DNA of 64,000 bases from Dehalococcoidia bacterium. Its GTDB lineage: Bacteria > Chloroflexota > Dehalococcoidia > UBA2979. Positions 41,148 through 49,691 of this stretch are shown in pieces. Location of the stretch: the NCBI GenBank assembly GCA_965204835.1, contig OZ242017.1:290336-354335 (forward strand), in the 5' to 3' direction. The translations under genes were made by a program, and so were the position numbers. Each line of letters starts with the position of its first letter. Position 1 is the first letter of the stretch. Below the pieces are notes generated by a model. The model saw nothing but the letters and a program-made list of their open reading frames with translations. It was not told where the DNA came from and searched no databases.

Positions 41148-41381
41148 ATGAAGACCATGACAGTGGAAGACAGGCTCTACGGAGCCCTCGAGGATGCCGC
41201 CAGCCGTAACGGGAGGCCGGTGCAGGATCTCTTGAACGAGGCCATTGAATCCTGGCTGGCGGAGGCCGCGATGGACGATGCCGACCATTCCGCGATAGAG
41301 CGCTCCCGGGCGGAGGCTGCCAGGGACGGCGGCGTAGAGTTTGAAGCCTTCTTCGAAGGGCTGCAGGCGGACCACGACTGA
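41148..41381 (+). CDS. RelB/RHH-type antitoxin
   Basis: 77 aa from ATG 41148. MKTMTVEDRLYGALEDAASRNGRPVQDLLNEAIESWL. It abuts the toxin start. Confidence 0.65.
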   Translation: MKTMTVEDRLYGALEDAASRNGRPVQDLLNEAIESWLAEAAMDDADHSAIERSRAEAARDGGVEFEAFFEGLQADHD

Positions 41382-41654
41382 TTGCCTGCGACGTATCGGG
41401 TTGAACTGGCTCCGGCTGCACAGCGCCAGGCACGGAGGCTCACACCAGACGATGCTCGGCGGGTCCGCACTGCGCTCCGAGACCTAGCCACCGATCCACG
41501 GCCTGTCCGTAGTACGAAGCTTGCCGGGTTCGCCGCCGTCTGGCGCGTCCGGGCCGGTCGCTTTCGGGTCATCTACGAGGTGCATGACCGTGAGCGCCGG
41601 GTGATGGTGCTCCGAATCGCGAGGCGCAGCGAGCGCACGTACAGGGGATTGTGA
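41382..41654 (+). CDS. relE: RelE/ParE-family toxin
   Basis: 90 aa, TTG start immediately after the antitoxin stop. ...YRVELAPAAQRQARRL......RV...L..LA.DPRP....KL.G....WRVR.G.FRVIYEV.D....V.VLRIA.R...Y. Confidence 0.8.
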   Translation: MPATYRVELAPAAQRQARRLTPDDARRVRTALRDLATDPRPVRSTKLAGFAAVWRVRAGRFRVIYEVHDRERRVMVLRIARRSERTYRGL

Positions 41655-41662
41655 TCGCCTGG

Positions 41663-41711
41663 GGCGGCCGCCTGCGCCCCCTCAAGGAGGCGGTTGCGGA
41701 GATCAGCTAGC
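41663..41711 (+). repeat. Direct repeat B, a relic copy of the valS 3-prime end
   Basis: GGCGGCCGCCTGCGCCCCCTCAAGGAGGCGGTTGCGGAGATCAGCTAGC. It would read GGRLRPLKEAVAEIS*, compared with GGRLRGLEESLAEIS* for valS. Confidence 0.85.
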
Positions 41712-41740
41712 AAGCGGCTCGCCGCGCCTCGCTGCCCGCA

Positions 41741-42184
41741 CTAGGAGAACGAGGCGCAGGCGGCGCCGTGGATGCGTAGCACCGAATCCTGGCTGTAGCG
41801 CCGCTCGTACTCCTGCGAGATCTCGTCGATGAGCCGCAGCGTCTCCTCGCCCGGCGCGGCGAGGATCCACAACACCTTCGATCGCTCGCGCTGGATCGTG
41901 CCTGAGTCGTCGCGCCACTGGCCTGCGGCGTCGAGGACGGTGAGGCCGGCGGGGAAGCGCGGCGTCACGACCTCGGCAAGAAACGCGGCCCACTCCTCGT
42001 CGCTGACCTCGCGGCCGTCGGCGGTGCTGCGGCCGAAGAAGAGCTGGTACTCGGCGTAGCGATCGCTGCCCTCGGGGCAGGGCTCCTCGCCGCCGTCGCC
42101 GCACGCGAGGAGCGCGAGCGCGACGAGGGCGATCACAACGGTCGCAATCAGGCGTTGGGACGGCATTGCGCCGGATCGTACCAA
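41741..42184 (-). CDS. Lipoprotein, DUF3574-like
   Basis: 147 aa. Signal peptide with lipobox ALALLAC, then ...YQLFFGRS...GREVSDEEWAAFLAEVVTPRFPAGLTVLDAAGQW. The start may be ATG 42166. Family from memory. Confidence 0.6.
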   Translation of the reverse strand: MVRSGAMPSQRLIATVVIALVALALLACGDGGEEPCPEGSDRYAEYQLFFGRSTADGREVSDEEWAAFLAEVVTPRFPAGLTVLDAAGQWRDDSGTIQRERSKVLWILAAPGEETLRLIDEISQEYERRYSQDSVLRIHGAACASFS

Positions 42185-42327
42185 CGGGTGTGGTCGGAGG
42201 CCGCTCTAAGGGGGCGACAGGGCCGGGCGACGTTGACCATGCACGGGGCCGCTGCTACGTTCCCCTCGGCTGCGCGCCGTGCTGTTGCGCGGCGTACCAC
42301 TGGTGCGGTGAGGGGGCTCGAACCGCC

Positions 42328-42693
42328 GTGGATCAACTCTTCGGCAACTATCTCCCGGTGCTGCTCGCGACCGTCACGGGCTTCATCCTCGTGATCACCG
42401 CGCTCATCGGCTCGCGCCTGCTCGCGCCCTTCTCGGAGGAGCGCGAGAAGGGCACGACCTACGAGTGCGGCATGCTGCCGGTGCGGCGCACCAGCACCAA
42501 CGTGGGCGTGCGCTTCTACCTCTACGCCATCCTCTTCATCATCTTTGACGTCGAGGCCGTGTTTATCTTCCCGTGGGCCCTGTCCTTCGTGGAGGTGGGC
42601 GCGCAGGCGTACTGGGAGATGGTGCTGTTCGTCGCCATCCTCGCCGTCGGCCTTGTCTACGCGTGGAAGAAGGGAGCGTTGCAGTGGCGCTGA
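42328..42693 (+). CDS. nuoA: NADH-quinone oxidoreductase subunit A
   Basis: 121 aa from GTG 42328. ...YECGM.P......[24 protein letters not shown]. Confidence 0.9.
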   Translation: MDQLFGNYLPVLLATVTGFILVITALIGSRLLAPFSEEREKGTTYECGMLPVRRTSTNVGVRFYLYAILFIIFDVEAVFIFPWALSFVEVGAQAYWEMVLFVAILAVGLVYAWKKGALQWR

Positions 42694-43325
42694 GACCTCC
42701 TGACGTGACCGGAACCACCGCGCCACCCGGCGCACCCGAGACCGCACCTCCCGCGGTCGAGCCTGTACCGCTCGTCCCGGAGATGCCGCCGACGGAGCAT
42801 CCGGCCGAGGCGCCCCGCCTCGTGCCGCTCGAGCCCGCTCCGGGCAAGGCGCTCTACCGCGTCGTGCTCCCGGGCGTGATGCAGGTGCCCGCCGACCTCG
42901 TGCTGGCGGCGTCGCGCAAGTCCTCGCTCTGGCCGATGACCTTCGGCCTGGCGTGCTGCGCGATCGAGATGATCGCCACCTACATGGCCCACTACGACCT
43001 CGACCGCTTCGGGATCGTGCCGTGGCCGTCGCCGCGACAGTCCGACGTGATGATCGTCGCCGGCACGGTGACCAAGAAGATGGCTCCCGCCGTGAAGCTG
43101 CTCTACGAGCAGATGCCGAACCCCAAGTGGGTGATCTCCATGGGCGCGTGCGCCACCAACGGCGGCCCCTACACCCGCTACGACCGTGTCCTCCAGGGCG
43201 TCGACAAGATCGTTCCCGTCGACGTCTACGTGCCGGGCTGCCCGCCGCGGCCGGAGGCGCTCCTCGATGGCTTCGTCGCCCTCCAGGAGAAGATCATGGA
43301 GGAGCGGGGGGCGACCGGTCGATGA
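42684..43325 (+). CDS. nuoB: NADH-quinone oxidoreductase subunit B with Pro-rich N-terminal extension
   Basis: Core [16 protein letters not shown]...DRFG...SPRQSD.MIVAGT...[12 protein letters not shown]...[13 protein letters not shown]. Start uncertain: GTG 42684, GTG 42705 or ATG 42783. Confidence 0.88.
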   Translation: MALRPPDVTGTTAPPGAPETAPPAVEPVPLVPEMPPTEHPAEAPRLVPLEPAPGKALYRVVLPGVMQVPADLVLAASRKSSLWPMTFGLACCAIEMIATYMAHYDLDRFGIVPWPSPRQSDVMIVAGTVTKKMAPAVKLLYEQMPNPKWVISMGACATNGGPYTRYDRVLQGVDKIVPVDVYVPGCPPRPEALLDGFVALQEKIMEERGATGR

Positions 43326-43858
43326 CGACCGACGATGCCAACGGCGCTCCCGAGTCCTTCGACGACACCATCTGGGATGTCGTCGACACCGCGCTCGCCG
43401 GCATCACCGCCGAGCCCGAGCGTGGCGCCCAGGACCTCATCGTGTTCATCCCGAGGGGCGAGATCGAGCGCGGGCTGCGCGCGCTGAAGTCGAACGAGAC
43501 GCTCTCCTTCGACTACCTGCGCAACCTCACCGCGATCGACTGGGAGGAGGAGGGCATCGACGTGGTGTACCACCTCTACTCCACCGAGCACCGCCACAAC
43601 CTGACCGTGAAGTGCCACCTCGACAACGACGACCTCACGCTCGACACCGCGACGACGGTGTGGCGCGCGGCGGGCTGGCTGGAGCGCGAGACCGCGGAGA
43701 TGTTCGGCGTGCGCTTCAACGGCCACCCGGACCCGCGGCCGCTGCTGCTGCCCGAGGACATGGACGACACGTTCCCGCTCCGCAAGGAGCACCCGCTCGC
43801 AGAGATCGAGGTGCTACAGGGCGAAGGCATCGCCTACGCAGAGGAGGCGTTCGAATGA
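43322..43858 (+). CDS. nuoC: NADH-quinone oxidoreductase subunit C
   Basis: 178 aa from ATG 43322 (ATGA overlap). ...[12 protein letters not shown]......VVYHLYS......W..A.W.ERE..EMFG..F.GHPD.R.LL. Confidence 0.9.
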   Translation: MTTDDANGAPESFDDTIWDVVDTALAGITAEPERGAQDLIVFIPRGEIERGLRALKSNETLSFDYLRNLTAIDWEEEGIDVVYHLYSTEHRHNLTVKCHLDNDDLTLDTATTVWRAAGWLERETAEMFGVRFNGHPDPRPLLLPEDMDDTFPLRKEHPLAEIEVLQGEGIAYAEEAFE

Positions 43859-44988
43859 CCCAGCCTCCCCCGGTGCTCGGCAGCGAGTTCGAGACCGAAG
43901 ACATCTTCGTCAACATGGGACCGCAGCACCCCTCGACGCACGGCGTCTTCCGCATGGTGCTGACGATCGACGGCGAGATGATCACCGACGTGGTGCCGCA
44001 CGTGGGGTACATGCACCGCGGGGCCGAGAAGCTCTGCGAGACCATGGACTACCGCCAGGGCATCGGCTACATGGACCGCACCGAGTACCTGGCGAACTTC
44101 AACGCCGAGCTCTCCTACGTCATGGCCGTGGAGAAGCTCGCGGAGCTCGAGGTGCCGGAGCGCGCACAGTGGATCCGCATGATCCTGTGCGAGCTCAACC
44201 GCCTCTCCAGCCACTTCATGTTCCTCGGCGCGTTCGGGACGGACGTGGGCGTGTTCGGCACGGCCTTCGTCTACGGGTTCAAGAACCGCGAGGTGATCCA
44301 GGACCTGTTCGAGGAGATCACCGGCGACCGCCTGATGTTCGCGTACTTCCGCGCCGGCGGGCTCGCCTGGGAGGTCCCGGACAACTTCGAGACCCGCGTG
44401 CGCGAGGTGCTCAAGGACTCGCGTGAGGGCCTCGACGAGCTCGACGGGCTGATGACGCAGAACGAGATCTTCCGCGCCCGCACCGAGGGCGTCGGCGTCA
44501 TCACCGCCGAGGACGCCATCGACTGGGGCACCAGCGGCCCCACGCTGCGCGCCTCGGGCGTGCCGATGGACATCCGCAGGGACGAGCCCTACCTCTACTA
44601 CGACCAGGTCGACTTCGACGTCATCACCGGCGACCACGGCGATGTCTTCGACCGCTTCTACAACCGCGTCCGCGAGGCGCACGAGTCGATCAAGATCATC
44701 GAGCAGTGCCTCGAGCGGCTGGAGCCCGGGCCGATCGTGCCGGACCGCCTGCCGCGCATGCTGCGCACCCCGGCCGGAGAGGTGTACACCCGCACCGAGG
44801 CGCCCCGCGGCGAGTACGGCATCTACCTGGTGAGCAAGGGCGGCAATCGCCCCCACCGCCTCAAGATCCGCTCGGCCTGCCTCTCCAACCTGCAGGCGCT
44901 CCGCGACATGACGATCGGCGGCTACGTCGCCGACGCGGTCGTGGTCCTCGGCTCGCTCGACATCGTGCTCTGCGAGGTTGACCGATGA
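43855..44988 (+). CDS. nuoD: NADH-quinone oxidoreductase subunit D
   Basis: 377 aa from ATG 43855 (ATGA overlap). NMGPQHPSTHGVFR..., GYMHRG.EK..E..., ...PRGE.G.Y..S.G...P.R.K.R....NL. Confidence 0.95.
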   Translation: MTQPPPVLGSEFETEDIFVNMGPQHPSTHGVFRMVLTIDGEMITDVVPHVGYMHRGAEKLCETMDYRQGIGYMDRTEYLANFNAELSYVMAVEKLAELEVPERAQWIRMILCELNRLSSHFMFLGAFGTDVGVFGTAFVYGFKNREVIQDLFEEITGDRLMFAYFRAGGLAWEVPDNFETRVREVLKDSREGLDELDGLMTQNEIFRARTEGVGVITAEDAIDWGTSGPTLRASGVPMDIRRDEPYLYYDQVDFDVITGDHGDVFDRFYNRVREAHESIKIIEQCLERLEPGPIVPDRLPRMLRTPAGEVYTRTEAPRGEYGIYLVSKGGNRPHRLKIRSACLSNLQALRDMTIGGYVADAVVVLGSLDIVLCEVDR

Positions 44989-46127
44989 ACGTCGGCCTCT
45001 TCGGCATCGACAACGTCAACATCTGGGTGGACGCCGTCATCCGGCTCCAGCTCATCGTCGTCCTCATGACGGTGGTGGTGATGGGGCTCATCTATGGCGA
45101 GCGCAAGATCATCGGGCGCTTCCAGCGCCGCCTGGGCCCGATGCGCACCGGCCCGTTCGGCATCCTGCAGTCGCTCGCCGACGCGCTGAAGCTCGTCGGC
45201 AAGGAGGACCTGCGGCCCCGCGGCGCGGACCCGTGGGTGTTCGAGCTGGCCGTCTACTTCGTCTTCGTGCCGGTGTTCATGGGCTTCGTGGCCGTGCCGT
45301 TCGCGTTCGACTGGAACGTGCGCGTGCTGGAGCTCGGGCTCTTCTACATCGTGGCCATCAGCTCCATCAACATCGTGGGCTGGGTCATGGCCGGCTGGGC
45401 GTCGGACAACCGCTACGCGATGCTGGGCGCGCTGCGCGCCGCCGCGCAGGGCATCTCCTACGAACTGCCGCTGATCCTCTCGCTCATCGCCGTCTCGATG
45501 GTGGTGAGCACCGACGCCGGCCGCGGCTCGCTGGACCTCGGCGTGATCGTGGCGGAGCAGGGCCACATCCCGTACATCGTGTGGCAGCCGCTGGCGTTCG
45601 CGATCTTCTACGTCGCCATGCTGGCCGAGCTGAACCGCACGCCCTTCGACATCCCGGTCGGGGAGTCCGAGGTGGTCGGCGGGCCGTTCGTCGAGTACAG
45701 CGGGATCCGCTGGTCGATGTTCTTCCTGGCCGAGTACGCCGGGCTGTTCATCCTCGCGCTCGTGGGCGCGGCGGTGTTCCTCGGCGGCTGGGCGTGGCCG
45801 CTGGGCGAGGAGATCGGGCCGGTCTGGCAGCTGGCGCTGACGGCCGCCAAGGCGCTGCTGCTCATCTTCACGGTCTTCTGGGTACGCGTGACGATGCCGC
45901 GCATGCGCATCGACCAGCTCATGGGCTTCTCGTGGAAGGTCCTGCTGCCGATGTCGTTCGCGCTCATCCTCGTCAACGGGCTGATCCTGGTGTACGGCTG
46001 GCCGGACGTGGTCCTGCTGGCGTCGAACCTGGTGGGGCTCGTGGTGCTCTACCTGATCATCGACCGAGGCATCACGCAGCGGCGTGTGCGACCCCCCGCG
46101 AGGGCGGGCGCGGCCACTACCGCGTAA
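44985..46127 (+). CDS. nuoH: NADH-quinone oxidoreductase subunit H
   Basis: 380 aa (ATGA overlap with nuoD, so there is no room for nuoEFG). ...ERKIIGRFQRRLGP...GPFGILQSLADALKL..., ...AE.NR.PFD..E.ESE.V.G..VEYSG. Confidence 0.95.
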   Translation: MNVGLFGIDNVNIWVDAVIRLQLIVVLMTVVVMGLIYGERKIIGRFQRRLGPMRTGPFGILQSLADALKLVGKEDLRPRGADPWVFELAVYFVFVPVFMGFVAVPFAFDWNVRVLELGLFYIVAISSINIVGWVMAGWASDNRYAMLGALRAAAQGISYELPLILSLIAVSMVVSTDAGRGSLDLGVIVAEQGHIPYIVWQPLAFAIFYVAMLAELNRTPFDIPVGESEVVGGPFVEYSGIRWSMFFLAEYAGLFILALVGAAVFLGGWAWPLGEEIGPVWQLALTAAKALLLIFTVFWVRVTMPRMRIDQLMGFSWKVLLPMSFALILVNGLILVYGWPDVVLLASNLVGLVVLYLIIDRGITQRRVRPPARAGAATTA

Positions 46128-46153
46128 GGAACGATCGTGAAAGGCTCCGCGCC

Positions 46154-46627
46154 ATGAAGGGCGTACTCAAGAGCTTGGGTGTGACGGGAAACGCATTCGT
46201 GCGCAAGCCCGTCACGCGCCAGTACCCTGAGATGCATCGCGATCTGCCCGAGCGCGATCGCGCCTTCCCGATCCTGCTCTGGGACGACGACATCGATGAG
46301 CCGTACTGCACCGGCTGCCACGCGTGCGAGCGCGCGTGCCCGGTGGAGTGCATGACGGTGCTGATGAAGGACAACCCCAACCACGAATCCGTGGGCGGGG
46401 ACTCCCGGCGCCGCAAGATCATCGACAAGTTCTGGATTGACTACGCCCGCTGCATGCGCTGCAACATCTGCGTCGAGGTCTGCAACTTCGAGGCCATCGC
46501 CATGAACAACACATGGACGGGCCACGAGGTCTCGGTCTACGACCGTGCAGACCTGGTCATGGACCTGCCGCAGCTGCTCGCGCAGCACCGGGCGGGCGAA
46601 CTCGATGAGTGGGTCGCCGACATCTAG
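46154..46627 (+). CDS. nuoI: NADH-quinone oxidoreductase subunit I (2x[4Fe-4S])
   Basis: 157 aa from ATG 46154. CTGCHACERACP and CMRCNICVEVCN ferredoxin motifs. Confidence 0.9.
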   Translation: MKGVLKSLGVTGNAFVRKPVTRQYPEMHRDLPERDRAFPILLWDDDIDEPYCTGCHACERACPVECMTVLMKDNPNHESVGGDSRRRKIIDKFWIDYARCMRCNICVEVCNFEAIAMNNTWTGHEVSVYDRADLVMDLPQLLAQHRAGELDEWVADI

Positions 46628-46663
46628 GTCGGTCCCGATCCGGAGCGTGGTACAGGGCCTGAC

Positions 46664-47377
46664 GTGATCGACCGCTTACCGCTTCCTGCCCCACTGCACG
46701 CCCTGCTGCGGCGTGTGTTCTACCCGGAAGGGTCGTTCCGGCTGCCCCTCCCCGCCCAGCTCGACCGCGTCATCATCTACGGCGGACTCGTGGCGGGAGC
46801 GGTGGTCACGCCGATCCTGCTCGTGCTCATCGTGCTGCTCGTCTTCGACATCCTGAGCGCGCCCGAGCTGGTCTTCTGGCTCGCCTCCGCCGTCATCGTC
46901 GGCGGGGCGCTGGGCTCGGTGCTGCTCAAGAACATCGTCCACGCGGCGCTGTCGCTGGTCGTGACGCTGCTCGGGGTGGCGGGGATCTTCCTGCTGCTCG
47001 GCTCAGAGTTCCTCGCGCTGGTGCAGATACTCGTCTACGGCGGCGGCGTGACCGTGCTGCTGCTGTTCGGCCTCATGCTCACCAACGCGACCGACGACCC
47101 CATCGTCTCCGACGGTGCGCAGAAGCCGTTCGCGTTCATCGTCGGCATCGCGCTCGCAGGCCTGCTGTCCGTGGCGCTGGTCGACCAGGTCTGGGGCGCC
47201 CCGACAGCCACGACGATTCCGTTCCGCGAGCTCGGCGTGCGGCTGTTCCGCGACTTCGGAGCGCCCTTCGAGATCGCCTCGCTGGTGCTGATCATCGCGC
47301 TCATCGGCGCGGTCGCCATCGCGCGCCGTGACCGGCCCGAGGACACCGAGGACGCGGCGATGGGAGACGGTGCCTGA
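46664..47377 (+). CDS. nuoJ: NADH-quinone oxidoreductase subunit J (about 65-aa N-terminal extension if GTG 46664 is used)
   Basis: Core ...VLLKNIVHAALSLV..L.G.A..FLLLG.EFLA.VQILVYGGGV.VL.LF..ML. Start codon uncertain. Confidence 0.82.
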   Translation: MIDRLPLPAPLHALLRRVFYPEGSFRLPLPAQLDRVIIYGGLVAGAVVTPILLVLIVLLVFDILSAPELVFWLASAVIVGGALGSVLLKNIVHAALSLVVTLLGVAGIFLLLGSEFLALVQILVYGGGVTVLLLFGLMLTNATDDPIVSDGAQKPFAFIVGIALAGLLSVALVDQVWGAPTATTIPFRELGVRLFRDFGAPFEIASLVLIIALIGAVAIARRDRPEDTEDAAMGDGA

Positions 47378-47694
47378 TGGCCGGCGAGATCCCGATGGAG
47401 CACTTCCTGGTCCTCTCGGCCATCCTGTTCGGGATCGGCTTCTACGGCGTGCTCGCGCGGCGCAGCGCGATCCTCATCCTGGTCTCCGTCGAACTCATGC
47501 TCGCCGCGGTCACCATCAACATGGTCGCGTTCGCGCACTACCTGGACCCGGACCAGTTCACGGGCGTGATCTTCGCGATCTTCGTCATCACGGTCGCCGC
47601 GGCCGAGGTCGGCCTCGCGCTCGGCATCGTGCTGCGGCTGTTCCGCGACCGCGAGACCGCGATGGTCGACGAAGCGAGCGATCTCAAGTGGTAG
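47377..47694 (+). CDS. nuoK: NADH-quinone oxidoreductase subunit K
   Basis: 105 aa (TGATG overlap). ...LSAILFGIGFYGVLARRSAILILVSVELMLAAV. Confidence 0.92.
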   Translation: MAGEIPMEHFLVLSAILFGIGFYGVLARRSAILILVSVELMLAAVTINMVAFAHYLDPDQFTGVIFAIFVITVAAAEVGLALGIVLRLFRDRETAMVDEASDLKW

Positions 47695-47735
47695 GCGCAG
47701 TCGCCGCCGCTCGGGTGGCCGGGGAGTAGCGCGGT

Positions 47736-49661
47736 ATGGGCATGGAGCAGGTCTGGCTGCTGCCGGCGATCCCCGCCGTGCTGTTCGCGCTGATGGGGCT
47801 CTTCAACCGCCTCGTCCCGCGGCGCGGCGACTTCATCGTCATCCTCGGGATGGCCGCGGTGGTCGTGCTCTCGGCGCTCGTCCTGCTGGACTTCCAGGGC
47901 AGCTTCAAGGATGGTCACTTCGCGCCGGGTGGCAGCAACGCCTACGCGTTCACATGGGTCGAGATCGAGACCAGCGTCGTCCAGCAGTTGCTGCTGATCG
48001 AGTTCAGCACGTTCGTCGACGGCATCACGGTGCTCATGCTGGCCGTGGTCAGCATCGTCACGCTGATGGTCATGATCTACTCGGTCGGCTACATGCAGGG
48101 CGAGGCGCGCTACGGGTGGTACTTCGCGGTGCTGTCCGGGTTCGGCGCGGCGATGCTCATGCTCGTCGTGTCCGGAAACCTGCTGCTGCTCTACCTCTCG
48201 TGGGAGGCGGTCGGCCTCGCCTCGTACCTGCTCATCGGCTTCTACTGGGAGCGCCAGACGGCCGCCGAGGCGGCGAAGAAGGCGTTCATCACCACGCGCA
48301 TCGGCGATGTCGGCCTGCTGATCGGCATCATCCTCCTGTGGCGCGGCGCGGGCTCGTTCGACATCCAGGAGATCATCCACTTCGCCGAGGGCGGCGGGTA
48401 CGGCGAGACGTACCTGACGGTCGCGATGCTCATGCTCTTCGCGGGCGCGGCCGGCAAGTCCGCGCAGTTCCCGTTCCACGTCTGGCTGCCCGACGCCATG
48501 GAGGGCCCGACGCCCGTCAGCGCGCTCATCCACGCCGCGACCATGGTGGTCGCCGGCGTCTACCTGGTCGCGCGGATGATGCCGGTCTTCGACGTGGCGC
48601 TCGTCGCGCGCGACGTGGTGCTCTACATCGGCCTCACGACCGCCGCGCTGGGGGCCACGCTCGGCCTCGTGACCAGCGACATTAAGCGCGTGCTCGCGTA
48701 CTCAACGGTGTCGCAGCTCGGCTTCATGTTCGTTGCGCTTGGCGTCGGGTCGGTGACCGCGGCGATGTTCCACCTGTTCACGCATGCCTTCTTCAAGTCG
48801 CTCCTCTTCCTCGGCTCGGGCTCGGTCATCCACGCTACCGAGGAGCAGGTGGTGGAGACGCTCGGCGGGCTGCGCCGCAAGATGCCGGTCACGACGATCC
48901 TCTTCGTCATCGGCTCGCTCGCGCTGGCCGGGATCGTGCCGCTGGCGGGGTTCTGGTCGAAGGACGAGATCCTGCTCGTGCTGCAGGACGGCGCCGGGTT
49001 CGGCCCCTTCGTCATCCTCGCCGCGACCGCCGCGCTGACCGCGATCTACACCACGCGGCTCGTGCTGCTGACGTTCTTCGGCGAGCCCAAGGACCGCGCC
49101 GCCCACGACCACGCGCACGAGTCGCCGCCGGTGATGATCCTGCCGATGGCGCTGCTCGCACTGCTCGCCGTGGTCGCCGGCTTCATCGCCCTCGACCCCG
49201 TCGGACGGGCGCTCGGCTTCACGGGCGGCATCGGCGAGGTCGTGTTCACGCAGGGCCACGAGGGCCACGCCTTCAAGCTCGACCCGACGATCGCGCTGGG
49301 CGCGACGCTCTCCGCCCTCGCCGGTATCGCCATCGGGTTCATGTACTGGTGGGGCGCCGCGGAGCGCGCCGTCCGCGCGCGGCAGTGGGCGCCCGAGTTC
49401 CACGACCTGTTGGTCAACCGCTACTACATGGACCACCTCTACCAGTTCGTGATCGACAGGGTGGTGCTCGGGTTCGCCTCGGTGGTCGCGTACTTCGACC
49501 GCTGGGTGGTGAACGAGACGGGTGTCGACGGGAGCGCGCAGGGCATCAGCTTCGCGGGCTACCGGCTCAAGTTCTTCCAGACCGGCCGCATCCCGAACTA
49601 CGCGCTGGCGATGGCGATCGGTGTCGTCGTGCTGGCGCTCGTCGCGGTCGGCCGGACGTAA
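47736..49661 (+). CDS. nuoL: NADH-quinone oxidoreductase subunit L
   Basis: 641 aa. ...WE.VGL.SYLLIGF......A..AA.KAF...R.GD.G......AGKSAQFPFH.WLPDAMEGPTPVSALIHAATMV.AGV. Confidence 0.95.
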   Translation: MGMEQVWLLPAIPAVLFALMGLFNRLVPRRGDFIVILGMAAVVVLSALVLLDFQGSFKDGHFAPGGSNAYAFTWVEIETSVVQQLLLIEFSTFVDGITVLMLAVVSIVTLMVMIYSVGYMQGEARYGWYFAVLSGFGAAMLMLVVSGNLLLLYLSWEAVGLASYLLIGFYWERQTAAEAAKKAFITTRIGDVGLLIGIILLWRGAGSFDIQEIIHFAEGGGYGETYLTVAMLMLFAGAAGKSAQFPFHVWLPDAMEGPTPVSALIHAATMVVAGVYLVARMMPVFDVALVARDVVLYIGLTTAALGATLGLVTSDIKRVLAYSTVSQLGFMFVALGVGSVTAAMFHLFTHAFFKSLLFLGSGSVIHATEEQVVETLGGLRRKMPVTTILFVIGSLALAGIVPLAGFWSKDEILLVLQDGAGFGPFVILAATAALTAIYTTRLVLLTFFGEPKDRAAHDHAHESPPVMILPMALLALLAVVAGFIALDPVGRALGFTGGIGEVVFTQGHEGHAFKLDPTIALGATLSALAGIAIGFMYWWGAAERAVRARQWAPEFHDLLVNRYYMDHLYQFVIDRVVLGFASVVAYFDRWVVNETGVDGSAQGISFAGYRLKFFQTGRIPNYALAMAIGVVVLALVAVGRT

Positions 49662-49691
49662 GGCGCTGAAGGTCAAGGGTCTCGAGGAACG

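Larger units (their letters stand above)
40965..41662 (+). mobile_element. Putative inserted cassette carrying only relBE, bounded by duplicated valS 3-prime ends
   Basis: 698 nt between the two 49-nt direct repeats. It contains the antitoxin/toxin pair and no recombinase. Confidence 0.4.
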
